DNA of 64,000 nucleotides from Eubacteriales bacterium (GTDB lineage: Bacteria > Bacillota > Clostridia > Oscillospirales > CAG-272): NCBI GenBank assembly GCA_045652835.1, contig JAZOLE010000129.1:933-64932 (forward strand). Direction: 5' to 3'. The notes below the pieces were generated by a model. That model saw only the letters and a program-made list of their open reading frames with translations, made no database searches and had not been told where the DNA came from. Position 1 is the stretch's first letter; the number at the start of each line of letters is the position of its first letter. Positions 36,253-45,631 of this stretch are shown here, in pieces. Both the position numbers and the translations under genes were made by a program.

Positions 36253-36452
36253 GGAGATCCCGCATCAGCGCAACACAGGGGACAGTCCCGCTGTATCATG
36301 TCCTGCGGACACGACACAGGGGACAGTCCCCGAGTGTCGCGCCTCGCGCTTTTGCTCCACTCCGTTGCGTTGCAACTCCATTCCGCAAAAGTTCGACTCC
36401 GTCATTTCGCAACTCGTTGCGAAATTCCTCCGCTCAGGATGACACTCGAGGG
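36253..36452 (-). repeat. family-C repeat, right arm
   Basis: The reverse complement aligns to 35957-36140. One internal hairpin is replaced by a different hairpin. Confidence 0.85.
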
Positions 36453-36524
36453 AAGGTACCGTCTAAAACGACACCTTGGTGTCCCTTGACACCCCGCGAA
36501 AAATATGATAAAATGAAATTACTA

Positions 36525-36590
36525 AAATATTTTCAACTTTTTTCAAAAAAACGTACACATTTGCATCAAAAATGCGTCTATATAGGTAGA
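36525..36590 (+). promoter_or_regulatory. copy M1 of the shared upstream module
   Basis: ..CAACTTTTTTCAAAAA..TTTGCATCAAAAATGCGTCTATATAGGT. Ends 33 nt before ATG at 36623. Confidence 0.45.
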
Positions 36591-36622
36591 GGAACAAAAC
36601 CAAAGCATAGGAGGGGCTACAG

Positions 36623-36952
36623 ATGAAAGAAAAAAAGTACGTCCAATCATACAGAGAACTCTGCAAATCATCGATCCTATTATCCTTGATCATGGTCGCT
36701 CTGCATCTGATGGCGGCATTGACGTTAGATCACGTATTGGGCAGCGGTGCTGTCGGAAAGATGATCTCCTGTGAGATCTTTCTGCACCTGTCCTATATCG
36801 CACTCATTCGATTCTACTCTGAAAACTACAAGCATTTAGTCAAAACCCAAATCATTGAAAAATCCAAAAAGCTGTTTTGGGGCGGCATGATTCCTTTCAT
36901 TGTCAGCGAGTTGATCAATATCGCCGTTCTTGTTTTTTTGATGTTTACTTAA
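36623..36952 (+). CDS. small membrane protein, unknown function (AT-richer)
   Basis: AGGAGG RBS, 109 aa, three hydrophobic segments. Confidence 0.6.
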   Translation: MKEKKYVQSYRELCKSSILLSLIMVALHLMAALTLDHVLGSGAVGKMISCEIFLHLSYIALIRFYSENYKHLVKTQIIEKSKKLFWGGMIPFIVSELINIAVLVFLMFT

Positions 36953-36964
36953 CCGTATATGCGC

Positions 36965-36988
36965 GGACGATTCGTGAATCGTCCCTAT
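36965..36988 (-). repeat. REP-like hairpin (ATAG head)
   Basis: The reverse complement reads ATAG-GGACGATTC-ac-GAATCGTCC. Same design as 22494-22517. Confidence 0.5.
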
Positions 36989-37004
36989 GAATATATATGA
37001 CAAG

Positions 37005-37030
37005 AGAGCGACCGCGCGGTCGCTCTTTTT
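37005..37030 (+). terminator. intrinsic terminator
   Basis: AGAGCGACC-gcgc-GGTCGCTCT followed by TTTT. Confidence 0.75.
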
Positions 37031-37042
37031 GTATCTTTCCCC

Positions 37043-37071
37043 TTTACATTTTTCCATAATTATGATATACT
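37043..37071 (+). promoter_or_regulatory. sigma-A promoter of the GH127-like/GH73-like genes
   Basis: TTTACA-17-TATACT. Confidence 0.55.
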
Positions 37072-37101
37072 GGAAGCATCAAACAAACGGAGGACACTAT
37101 C

Positions 37102-38916
37102 ATGCCCGTTATCGTTTCCGACAAGCTTTGCGCGATTGACGTCAAAGACGTGAAAATGCATGGCATCATAGACGACAAGCTGCGCCTTGTATGCGAGCAA
37201 ACGCTCAAGAAAATTGATATGCATGCCCTCGCGGATTATTTCCGCTATCGCACAGACGCCTTTGCCACGGGTGAATTCTGGGGCAAGCTGATGCGCGCTG
37301 CCTGTATGACATACGCTTACACACATGACGAGCAGCTCTCTTGCGTGATCAAGACCGCTGTGGACGATCTGCTTAGCCTGCAGGATGCCGAGGGCGACCT
37401 GAGCACCTGCCAAAAGGCAACCCAACCCAAGGGCGCATGCGGCAGCGATTTATGGGAGCGCAAGTACGCGCTGATGGGGCTTTTGGAGTATTATCGTGTG
37501 TTTGGTGATCAGCGTGCGCTTGACGCTTGCCGCCGCGTGGTGAAATACACCAACGATCAGGTAGGTGCTGCGCCCAAGACTCCCATCACCGAGACAGGCT
37601 GGGCGTTTTGCGGCATTGAATCCTCGTCCATTCTTGATCCGCTCATGCAGCTTTACGCCATTTGCGGCGAAGAAGCGGCATTGGAGCTTGCAAAGCACAT
37701 CATAGAAGTGGGCTGCTGCGCACGCGAGCATATGTTTGACGCCATCAGAGGCGGCAAAGATCCTTGGGAGATCGGGGGCAACGGTGTACCCAAAGAATCG
37801 ATTGCCAAGGCTTACGAGATGATGTCCTGCTTTGAGGGTCTGCTTGGCTACTACGCAAATACCGGCGACCAAGTTGCTTACGATACGGCTATCATCTTTT
37901 GGAACAAGGTGTATGATCAAGAGATCACGCTGCTTGGCTCGGGCGGTGCGGATGCACCGCGCAATCTCGGCCCCGGCACGGGTGAGCAATGGAATCTGAC
38001 GCGCCAAAACCAAACCAACCCCGACATTGACCTGATGATGGAGACCTGCGTGACCGTCTACTGGATGCGCCTTTGCTATCGTCTGCTTGCCCTGACGGGT
38101 GAGGTCAAGTACGCGGACGCACTTGAGGTCAGCCTGTATAACGCCATTGTGGGCGCGATCCGCCCCGACGGACAGTTCTTTGAATACTTCCCCAAATTCA
38201 ACGGCAAGCGCAATCCGCGCGTCAATTTCTCCTTTAATATAGAGGGCTTTGACCTTTCCTGCTGCACGGCAAACGGTCCTACAGGTCTTGCCATGGCACC
38301 CTATCTTTACGCCATGAAGACAAAGACGGGCTGCGTGCTCAACCTCTACGAAAACGGCAGCTTTACCGTTGGCGGCGTGAGATTTGAGGTTTCCTCGCGC
38401 TATCCCCTGCTCGGCTCTGCTGTACTGACCGTAACCGACTCGGACGCAGACGCTCCTATGGTGCTTGGTCTGCGCGTGCCCACGTTTGCAAAGGATTTTT
38501 ACGCCATTTGTGACGGCAAGTTACTGCCCGGTCAACCCGGCACGTATCTTGAGATCGAGCGCACGTGGCGCAAGGGCGACACAATCACGGTTGCCTTTGA
38601 CATTCCGCTTGTGTGCCACCCCGCACCCAAGGGCGACAACCGCGCAGGCGACAATTTCTGTGCCTTTACGTATGGCGCGATCTTGCTCTCGCGCGACAGC
38701 CGCGATCATGCAGATCCGCTTGCACCGATCGGCAGCACGCAAGTGACCGACTACCGCATCATGCCCTCGGATCGCGGCGGCTATTTGAAAGCAGAAATAC
38801 AGACCGAGTGCGAGATCTTGACGCTGATCGACTACGCATCTGCGGGAAATTCCTGGGCAGAGGACGCAAGCTTTGCCTCCTGGATTCCCACAACCGAGGC
38901 AGAGAACGCGATATGA
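37102..38916 (+). CDS. DUF1680/GH127-like glycoside hydrolase (beta-L-arabinofuranosidase family)
   Basis: 604 aa. (alpha/alpha)6-like N-part. The LSCCTANGP motif resembles the Cys-rich CCxxN site of GH127. Confidence 0.65.
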   Translation: MPVIVSDKLCAIDVKDVKMHGIIDDKLRLVCEQTLKKIDMHALADYFRYRTDAFATGEFWGKLMRAACMTYAYTHDEQLSCVIKTAVDDLLSLQDAEGDLSTCQKATQPKGACGSDLWERKYALMGLLEYYRVFGDQRALDACRRVVKYTNDQVGAAPKTPITETGWAFCGIESSSILDPLMQLYAICGEEAALELAKHIIEVGCCAREHMFDAIRGGKDPWEIGGNGVPKESIAKAYEMMSCFEGLLGYYANTGDQVAYDTAIIFWNKVYDQEITLLGSGGADAPRNLGPGTGEQWNLTRQNQTNPDIDLMMETCVTVYWMRLCYRLLALTGEVKYADALEVSLYNAIVGAIRPDGQFFEYFPKFNGKRNPRVNFSFNIEGFDLSCCTANGPTGLAMAPYLYAMKTKTGCVLNLYENGSFTVGGVRFEVSSRYPLLGSAVLTVTDSDADAPMVLGLRVPTFAKDFYAICDGKLLPGQPGTYLEIERTWRKGDTITVAFDIPLVCHPAPKGDNRAGDNFCAFTYGAILLSRDSRDHADPLAPIGSTQVTDYRIMPSDRGGYLKAEIQTECEILTLIDYASAGNSWAEDASFASWIPTTEAENAI

Positions 38917-40688
38917 AAACATTAGGACGCTTTCTCTTAGCCGTTTTAGGCGCTTCCCTGCTTTGCACGGGGCTTGCCTTGCCCATTTCTGCCACATCCG
39001 AGCAAGCAGACCCCTATACCCAATCGCTGATCGACAAGGGCTTTCCCGCCTCCTATGCCGAAAAGCTGACCGCTCTGCACGCGCTGCACCCCACGTGGGA
39101 ATTTGAGCCGCTGCTTGTGAGCGAGATGAAGGAGCAATATACTTGGGAATACGTGCTTTTGCAGGAAACCGACAATCCCAAGCGAAACCTGATCAACAAG
39201 GGCAACGCCTACATTCCCTACCGCCACGCTACCAATACCGAGCTTTACGATTCGGGATGGTATCAGGCATCCTACGAGGCGGTCTCCTACTTTATGGATC
39301 CCGAAAATTTCCTTAACGAAAAAGACATTTTCATGTTTCAGGACCTTTGCTACTCGGACGCCATTACCCCTGAAATTGTGGAAAGCGCACTTTCGGGTAC
39401 GTTTATGGCAAACGCGGTCCTTTACGATGACGTGACCTATGCCGCTTATCTGGTCAAGGTGGGGAAAGCGCTCAACGTTGACCCCTTGCACCTTGCTGCA
39501 AGACTGCGCCAGGAGCAGGGCGTGAGCGGTAACAGCCCCTTGATTAAGGGCGAGTGCGGCGACAAGCTTTGGTATTATTACTCCAACAAGGTACAATCCG
39601 AAGACGGCAAGCAGGTGCTTGCCCCCGATTCGGGGCATTCCGAGTCCTCGCTGACGGCTTACAACGGACTTTACAACTACTTTAACATTGGTGCTGCGGG
39701 CACGGGATATTTTGCCATTTATCTTGGTGCTATGAAGGAAGCGCAAAAGGGCACCGAGGAAATGGCAGAGATTTGGGGTGGCAGCAGCGCGTGGGATACC
39801 CCCGAAAAGGCAATTTACGGCGGCGCTTACAAGCTGACAAACAAGTACGTAAGCGACTACCAGAACACACTGTACCTGCAAAAATTCAACGTTGATCCCC
39901 GTTCCTCGCGTAATTTCTGGGGGCAGTACATGCAAAACGTGGGCGCTTCGGTCAGCGAGGCACGTACCATCTTCAATTCTCTGTACACCTCCGAGTGCCT
40001 GGAGCTGCCCTATCACTTCTTGATTCCCGTGTACGAGGGCAAACCCGCGGTCAATCCCGACCCAGCAAACGGTGCATGCGACACCTATGCAGCAGCCAAT
40101 ACCATGGTGCACGTGGAAACCGTCCTGCGCACGCCTATGTCCACCCAGTCCGTGCTTGACGCCATTACCACCAAGTCCTTGACCATGGTGGAGGGCGAGC
40201 CCATCACGCTGACACTGAACGCACACGCCTCGCGCGGCTTTGGACGCTATTTCGTGCGTGTAAACGGCGGTGAGCTGCAAGAGCTGACAAGCGAATACGA
40301 TAAAGCAGCCAAGCCTGTGCTACTTGAAAAAAACGGTGCGGGCAGATACCCCAACACCGTGTATTTCGATTGCTCCACCTTGACCACGGGCGAATACGAT
40401 CTGCTGATCATCGGACAGCTGGAAAGTCCCGACAAGGCTTGTCCGCATTACGTTCTGGCAAGCATACACATGACCGTTGTGCAAGCACCCGAAACCTATG
40501 AACCCACCACAACGCAGGAGGAAACATCGTCTATTCAAACGCAATCCCCCACCACAAGCGAAATCGAAACCGATTTAAGCACGCAATCCCCCACCGATTC
40601 GGATGACGGCTGCCAAGGCACGCTCTGCGGCGCAGCAATTATCGTCATCGCACTCGGTGCATTGGTGATCGCCAAGAGAAAGGATTGA
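38913..40688 (+). CDS. secreted GH73-type N-acetylglucosaminidase-like cell-wall hydrolase with C-terminal GC+TM+KRKD tail
   Basis: ATGA overlap with the upstream stop. Signal peptide ..LALPISA. DKGFPASYAEKLTALHALHPTWEF and YNYFNIGAAG motifs. Ends ..DDGCQGTLCGAAIIVIALGALVIAKRKD. Confidence 0.65.
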   Translation: MKTLGRFLLAVLGASLLCTGLALPISATSEQADPYTQSLIDKGFPASYAEKLTALHALHPTWEFEPLLVSEMKEQYTWEYVLLQETDNPKRNLINKGNAYIPYRHATNTELYDSGWYQASYEAVSYFMDPENFLNEKDIFMFQDLCYSDAITPEIVESALSGTFMANAVLYDDVTYAAYLVKVGKALNVDPLHLAARLRQEQGVSGNSPLIKGECGDKLWYYYSNKVQSEDGKQVLAPDSGHSESSLTAYNGLYNYFNIGAAGTGYFAIYLGAMKEAQKGTEEMAEIWGGSSAWDTPEKAIYGGAYKLTNKYVSDYQNTLYLQKFNVDPRSSRNFWGQYMQNVGASVSEARTIFNSLYTSECLELPYHFLIPVYEGKPAVNPDPANGACDTYAAANTMVHVETVLRTPMSTQSVLDAITTKSLTMVEGEPITLTLNAHASRGFGRYFVRVNGGELQELTSEYDKAAKPVLLEKNGAGRYPNTVYFDCSTLTTGEYDLLIIGQLESPDKACPHYVLASIHMTVVQAPETYEPTTTQEETSSIQTQSPTTSEIETDLSTQSPTDSDDGCQGTLCGAAIIVIALGALVIAKRKD

Positions 40689-40703
40689 TTTCCCCTATAT
40701 AAA

Positions 40704-40740
40704 AACCGTTGCTCCCGTCAAGGGGGCAACGGTTTTTTCA
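40704..40740 (+). terminator. intrinsic terminator
   Basis: AACCGTTGCTCCC-gtcaa-GGGGGCAACGGTT followed by TTTTTT. Confidence 0.8.
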
Positions 40741-40752
40741 TCTTCCCTTTTC

Positions 40753-40820
40753 TCAAATTTTTTAACTTTTTTTCAAAAATAGCAGAACTTTTTGCAAAAA
40801 AATGCGTCTATATAGGTGAG
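40753..40820 (+). promoter_or_regulatory. copy M2 of the shared upstream module
   Basis: About 80% identical by eye to 36525-36590. A 20-nt core AAAAATGCGTCTATATAGGT is identical. Confidence 0.45.
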
Positions 40821-40843
40821 CGACATTTTTTGGTGCAAACCTA

Positions 40844-40885
40844 TTGACAAACAGAGAAAAATGTTGTATGATTGTATTAGTACAA
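40844..40885 (+). promoter_or_regulatory. sigma-A promoter plus probable GntR operator
   Basis: TTGACA-17-TATGAT (40844-40872). Inverted repeat TTGTA-ttag-TACAA at 40872-40885 overlaps the -10/+1 region. Confidence 0.6.
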
Positions 40886-40919
40886 TGGTACAACAAACAA
40901 GAAAGGAAGGGATGCAACC

Positions 40920-41285
40920 GTGACAATGCTCACCCCACAGGCATCTGTATCGCAGCAGCTGCTGCACAAATACCGCCTGGACATCATTAGCGGCAAATAC
41001 CCCACAGGCAGCCAGTTCCCCACCGTGCGTGCCTTGGCATACGAGGAATCGGTCAACCCCAACACCATGCAAAGGGTGCTGACGCTGCTGGAGCAGGACG
41101 GGCTTTTGATCAGCCACAGCACACGCGGCAGATTCGTTACCGAGGATGATGCCGTGATTTCACACGTGCGACTGCTCTTGCAGACCGAATACCTGAAAAG
41201 CGCAAGAGAGCAAGCCGCAAAGCTTGGCATTACCAAGCAGCAATTCATGCAATTTTTACAGGAAAGCGAGGAAACAGACACATGA
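40920..41285 (+). CDS. GntR-family (YtrA-like, short) transcriptional regulator
   Basis: wHTH segment FPTVRALAYEESVNPNTMQRVLTLLEQDGLL. 121 aa. Starts at GTG 40920 or ATG 40926. Confidence 0.8.
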   Translation: MTMLTPQASVSQQLLHKYRLDIISGKYPTGSQFPTVRALAYEESVNPNTMQRVLTLLEQDGLLISHSTRGRFVTEDDAVISHVRLLLQTEYLKSAREQAAKLGITKQQFMQFLQESEETDT

Positions 41286-41998
41286 GCCAACCTATCTTAG
41301 TTTGCGAAAAGCTTTGCAAAAGCTATAAAAAGAACGTGCCCGTGCTGAATGAACTCGACTTCACGGTCGAACCCGGCAGGATCGTGGGTCTGCTTGGTCC
41401 CAACGGCTGTGGCAAGTCTACCCTGCTTAAGCTGGTCTCGGGTCTTCTGACCCCCAACAGCGGCACGATCTTGATTTGCGGCGAGCAAAGAAGCGAGAAA
41501 AGCAACGCGCTGATCTCGTTCTTGCCCGAAAGACCCTATTTTTCGTCTTCCATGACAGTCAACGCCATGATGGACTATTTTGAAGATTTTTACGAGGACT
41601 TTGACCGCTCACTTTGCGAGGTGATGCTCAAGGATCTTTCGATTGACCCCAAGGCGCGTATGCGTACACTGTCCAAGGGTACCAAGGAAAAGGTACAGCT
41701 TGTGCTTGTCATGGCACGCCGCGCAAAGCTTTACCTGCTCGACGAGCCGATCGGCGGCGTTGACCCCGCGGCACGTGATTACATTCTCAAAACCATCATA
41801 GGCAACTACAATCCCGAGGCATCGGTCATTATCACCACGCACCTGATCGCAGACGTGGAGGGCGTGCTGGACGACTTCGCCTTTGTGGACAACGGCAAAA
41901 TTGCCATGTCGGGCAACGCCGACGAAGCGCGTGAGCAGCACGGCAAGAGCCTTGATGAGCTTTTCAGGGAGGTGTTCAGATGTTCAAGAAATGCTTAA
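41282..41998 (+). CDS. ABC transporter ATP-binding protein
   Basis: Walker A GPNGCGKST, signature LSKGTKEK, Walker B LYLLDEP. 4-nt overlap with the regulator gene. Confidence 0.88.
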   Translation: MSQPILVCEKLCKSYKKNVPVLNELDFTVEPGRIVGLLGPNGCGKSTLLKLVSGLLTPNSGTILICGEQRSEKSNALISFLPERPYFSSSMTVNAMMDYFEDFYEDFDRSLCEVMLKDLSIDPKARMRTLSKGTKEKVQLVLVMARRAKLYLLDEPIGGVDPAARDYILKTIIGNYNPEASVIITTHLIADVEGVLDDFAFVDNGKIAMSGNADEAREQHGKSLDELFREVFRCSRNA

Positions 41999-42966
41999 AA
42001 TACGATCTTCGCGCCTTTGGCAAGATCTGGCTGATCGCGGCAGCCGTGGTACTGGCGGTTGCGATTCTGGGCGGTATCGGCATGGGCAACTTCGTTTATG
42101 CTTGTAGCGACTTTGATACCGTTCCCCAATCCGCCAATCCTGATACCACATCCGATTTATGGTTCTTTACACAGCTGTTCGTTGGTTTGATCTCGATCTT
42201 TGCCGTCTTTTCTGCCGTGACCATTTTCATGCTCGGCACCGAGATCGCGATCTGCCTGCGTTACTACAATCACCTGTTCACCGATCAAGGGTATCTGACC
42301 TTTACCCTGCCCGTCAAGCGTTCCACGCTGTTTTGGTCGAAAACGGTCAGCGGTTACATGTTTATGGCAGGCTCGTTTATCATGTACGTCATTGCGCTTA
42401 CCGTAAGCATGATCGGCGTTGGTGGCGGTGTGATTGCCATTGCGTTCAAGCAAATGATCCTGGAGCATGGCATTACGCTTGGGCAGCTGCTGCGTAATCT
42501 TTGGACAGAGCTGTGGACCGAACTGACCTTGCGCATGCTGTGGGACGGCATTGTGTACGTTCTCTCGCAGATCGGCGCACTCAATATCCTGCGCGTTTTC
42601 ATTTGCGCGTCGCTTTTGTTGATACTGGGACTTGTCTCTCTGTTCACTTCTCTCATGCTCAGCTATGCCTGCATTACGCTGGGTGCCACCATGTTCCGCA
42701 AGCGCAAGCTGCTCAGCGTGCTGGTCACCTATTACATCATCAATAACGTGCTGGCAGTGCCCGCATTGTATTTTTCCTCCTATTACGGCATGTTTGCAGC
42801 TGCAATCGGCGCTGTGGCATTGCCCAAGCTGTTTGAAAATATGCATATCGGCATGAGCGTGATCTATCTCGGCTTAACCATTGCCATTCTTGCTTCGCTT
42901 TGCGTAGGCGTTTCCCTTGCCATCTTTAACCTGACAAGAATTGAGCACAAGCTCAATCTTGCCTGA
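41980..42966 (+). CDS. ABC-2-like polytopic permease partner
   Basis: 328 aa with about 6-7 TM helices. Overlaps the ATPase gene by 19 nt. Confidence 0.65.
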   Translation: MFKKCLKYDLRAFGKIWLIAAAVVLAVAILGGIGMGNFVYACSDFDTVPQSANPDTTSDLWFFTQLFVGLISIFAVFSAVTIFMLGTEIAICLRYYNHLFTDQGYLTFTLPVKRSTLFWSKTVSGYMFMAGSFIMYVIALTVSMIGVGGGVIAIAFKQMILEHGITLGQLLRNLWTELWTELTLRMLWDGIVYVLSQIGALNILRVFICASLLLILGLVSLFTSLMLSYACITLGATMFRKRKLLSVLVTYYIINNVLAVPALYFSSYYGMFAAAIGAVALPKLFENMHIGMSVIYLGLTIAILASLCVGVSLAIFNLTRIEHKLNLA

Positions 42967-42979
42967 TCGGAGGTGCACT

Positions 42980-44011
42980 ATGAAAAACTTGACTAAGATT
43001 TTCGCAACGCTGCTTGCGCTTTGCGCTCTCACTTCCCTTTTGGCGCTTGGAGCACACGCGTTCGGGGAAACCGAACCCATCGACGAGGTCGAGGGTGAAA
43101 AGGTAGACTGGACGTACGATTATACCCAAAACGTGCTTGTGCACGGCGACACCGTGTATGAGGAATACTTCATGCCTGCGGGCTTTGATATCTTTGCATG
43201 CGAATATACCTACGCGGGCAGCATCACCATGGGTGAATACAGCAGTAGAACCGGTTATGTCAGACAGTTTATGCCCGACCCCAATATCCCCGAGGTCTAC
43301 CGTGATATTGCGATCTTGTTTGACCCCAACGTTTCCGAGGACCGCGTTTTTGTCACCGAAAACGGCAAGGCGATCGTGGACTCTTTTGTTCGCGGTGAAT
43401 ACAGCCATTACCAGTTTGCCAAGGATTACAATACAAGAGCAGTCATTCCCGACGACTATCTCATCGATCTGGCAGACAAGCAGCCCAATCTCACCATAGA
43501 CGTCAGAACCCTGCGCAGCGCAGAGGAATACTTGATCTACGGCATTGACCAAACCGGGCACTTCGCGCATATCGTCGGTGCTATTTATGAAACCTTGAAC
43601 GGAAACGGCTACGTATACGTACACTTCGATGGATTGGAAAGCAACTATCTGGATGCAGACGGCATGCTTTCGTTCAGACAAGGCGAGGTGCCTGCCTATA
43701 CGGTCAGCACAAGCAAAGTCACCGATCTGCTCGTTAGCTCGGTGTATACGCCCAACCGATATATAAGCCAAAACACCTTTAAAGATGATATCAATATGGA
43801 TCAGACCCCTGCGCTGATCATTTTCGCGATCATGATGTCACCTTATCTGTTCATCGCGCCGATTCTGCTGCTGGCTTTGGGCATCGTGCTGCGCTCGATC
43901 AAAAAGATCCCCGGCAGAAAGCGTTGGAATGCACTCATCCTGCTCTCCTCTCTGTGGCTGCTCTGCTCGCTTGCCATCACAGTGCTTTGCATTGTGGCGA
44001 TACTCATTTAA
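42980..44011 (+). CDS. secreted protein with two C-terminal TM helices, unknown function
   Basis: GGAGG RBS. Signal peptide MKNLTKIFATLLALCALTSLLALGAHA. Confidence 0.6.
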   Translation: MKNLTKIFATLLALCALTSLLALGAHAFGETEPIDEVEGEKVDWTYDYTQNVLVHGDTVYEEYFMPAGFDIFACEYTYAGSITMGEYSSRTGYVRQFMPDPNIPEVYRDIAILFDPNVSEDRVFVTENGKAIVDSFVRGEYSHYQFAKDYNTRAVIPDDYLIDLADKQPNLTIDVRTLRSAEEYLIYGIDQTGHFAHIVGAIYETLNGNGYVYVHFDGLESNYLDADGMLSFRQGEVPAYTVSTSKVTDLLVSSVYTPNRYISQNTFKDDINMDQTPALIIFAIMMSPYLFIAPILLLALGIVLRSIKKIPGRKRWNALILLSSLWLLCSLAITVLCIVAILI

Positions 44012-44015
44012 GCGT

Positions 44016-44597
44016 ATGAAGCAAGACAAAATTTGTAAGGGGTACGTCATACCCTATAATGCGTTTTGTTATTTTGCAATTTCCTTGATATTCATGGTAT
44101 GCTTTGTCAGCTGTGCAATATTTTTCGCATCTTATACAATAATTGCAGTCATCAGCGTTGCTCTTGCACTGCTGTGCTGCCTGATCCCCCTTGTGGGATT
44201 GGCATTTGACAAAACCGCCATGCGGTATAGCATCACCGATGCATACGTGCAAAGCCGCAACTTGTTTTGCACACGCTGTCGGCTGGAGGATAGCGAGGTC
44301 AGGCAAATTGAGCTACAGTGGGCAAGAGAGATTTGGAAGGATTTCGTCACTCAGGACGCCATTTATCTTGTCTGCTCGGATAAATATTATGCGCAAGTCA
44401 AGTACATTGCATTGAAATATCACCGCAAAAACCAAGTAGTTGTGCACATTACACGCAAGAACTTCCCTGCCGTGCAGGAGTATTTGCAGCGTATGGGAAT
44501 TTTCGAACATGATGTTAACTATGACGCACTGGTGCAAATATTGCAATGCGCACCCCAAGTCTACCGCCGCACTGACGGTGAGTGGAAACAAAAATAA
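44016..44597 (+). CDS. membrane protein (2-3 N-terminal TM helices + cytoplasmic domain), unknown function
   Basis: ATG at 44016, 5 nt after the upstream stop. AT-richer than its flanks by eye. Confidence 0.5.
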   Translation: MKQDKICKGYVIPYNAFCYFAISLIFMVCFVSCAIFFASYTIIAVISVALALLCCLIPLVGLAFDKTAMRYSITDAYVQSRNLFCTRCRLEDSEVRQIELQWAREIWKDFVTQDAIYLVCSDKYYAQVKYIALKYHRKNQVVVHITRKNFPAVQEYLQRMGIFEHDVNYDALVQILQCAPQVYRRTDGEWKQK

Positions 44598-44615
44598 GAT
44601 TTTTTGGAGAAACGA

Positions 44616-45075
44616 TATGAAACGTTATTTATGTATTGGTTTGTTGTTCGTTCTATGCCTTGGTATGGTTGCCTGCGGACAGATCGAGGACACCAACGGC
44701 GCGGATGATTTTTCGCTGGTTACCATTACGCAAAAAGATCTGGTCGGCAGCGGCTTCTCATCCAAAACCATGTCCGCCCGTTTGGACATCAACGGCAAGA
44801 TCGAATACTCGGTCGGCAAGTTCTCGGGCGTTGAGGTAGTCGAAGAGGTGCGCGTCAAGCAAGGCGCAAGCAGCGTCACCTTTGCCGTCAATACCACGTT
44901 GGAGTCGGGCAATCTGTACGTGTACGTGCGTCATGACGGTCAGATCGTGGGCGAGCTTGCCATCGGGCAGAACGACACGGTAACGCTGGAAAACCCGCCC
45001 GCAGGCAAATATGAGCTTTGCACCGCAGGTGAGAGCGCGAAATTCAAGCTGGTCATTGAGATCACGCAGAATTAA
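44616..45075 (+). CDS. lipoprotein, paralogue of 45632-46162
   Basis: GGAG RBS. Lipobox LGMVAC. Shares DTNG..F.L.TIT... and ..SGN......DG......I.Q......AGESA with the paralogue. Confidence 0.6.
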
Positions 45076-45085
45076 AGGAGATAGC

Positions 45086-45310
45086 ATGAAAAACACCAAC
45101 ACCTGCCCCAAGTGCGGCAAACACGATATCGTGCGCTTTGACGGCTTTGCAGGTCCTTACGGCTCGGGCAACCATATCATGTTGGGCGCCACAGTGTTTT
45201 CGGCGGTCAACGTTAACCGCTACGTTTGCCTGAATTGCGGCTTTAGCGAGGAATGGATCGACACCTGCGACCTTGATAAGCTGGAAAAGAGTAAAAAGGC
45301 GAAGAGATAA
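45086..45310 (+). CDS. 74-aa zinc-ribbon protein
   Basis: AGGAG RBS. CPKCG...CLNCG. Confidence 0.6.
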   Translation: MKNTNTCPKCGKHDIVRFDGFAGPYGSGNHIMLGATVFSAVNVNRYVCLNCGFSEEWIDTCDLDKLEKSKKAKR

Positions 45311-45314
45311 ATAC

Positions 45315-45611
45315 ATGAACAAATTTCAAAAAATCGAATTATGGTTATGTCTGATTCCAGGACTTTCCACACTCTTTATTGCGTTTGCGACCATGTTTAT
45401 CATCAAAAAGCATCCGCATCGATTTCTGCATTGGGCATTGTTCGCACTCATATTCTTCGGTGGCGGCTTTGTTGCTTTCGCACTTCCTCAGGCGATCTTG
45501 TGGAGCGGCATTGCAGCATTGGAATACCTGCTGCAATGGTGCATCTTAACCATTGTCAACGTACTGTTTATTGAGCTGCAAAAAAAATGTATTGCCGCGC
45601 GTAACCAGTAA
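45315..45611 (+). CDS. small 3-TM membrane protein
   Basis: ATG at 45315, just after the upstream stop. Weak RBS. Confidence 0.45.
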   Translation: MNKFQKIELWLCLIPGLSTLFIAFATMFIIKKHPHRFLHWALFALIFFGGGFVAFALPQAILWSGIAALEYLLQWCILTIVNVLFIELQKKCIAARNQ

Positions 45612-45631
45612 GCCCGCGAAAGGAGCTATGT

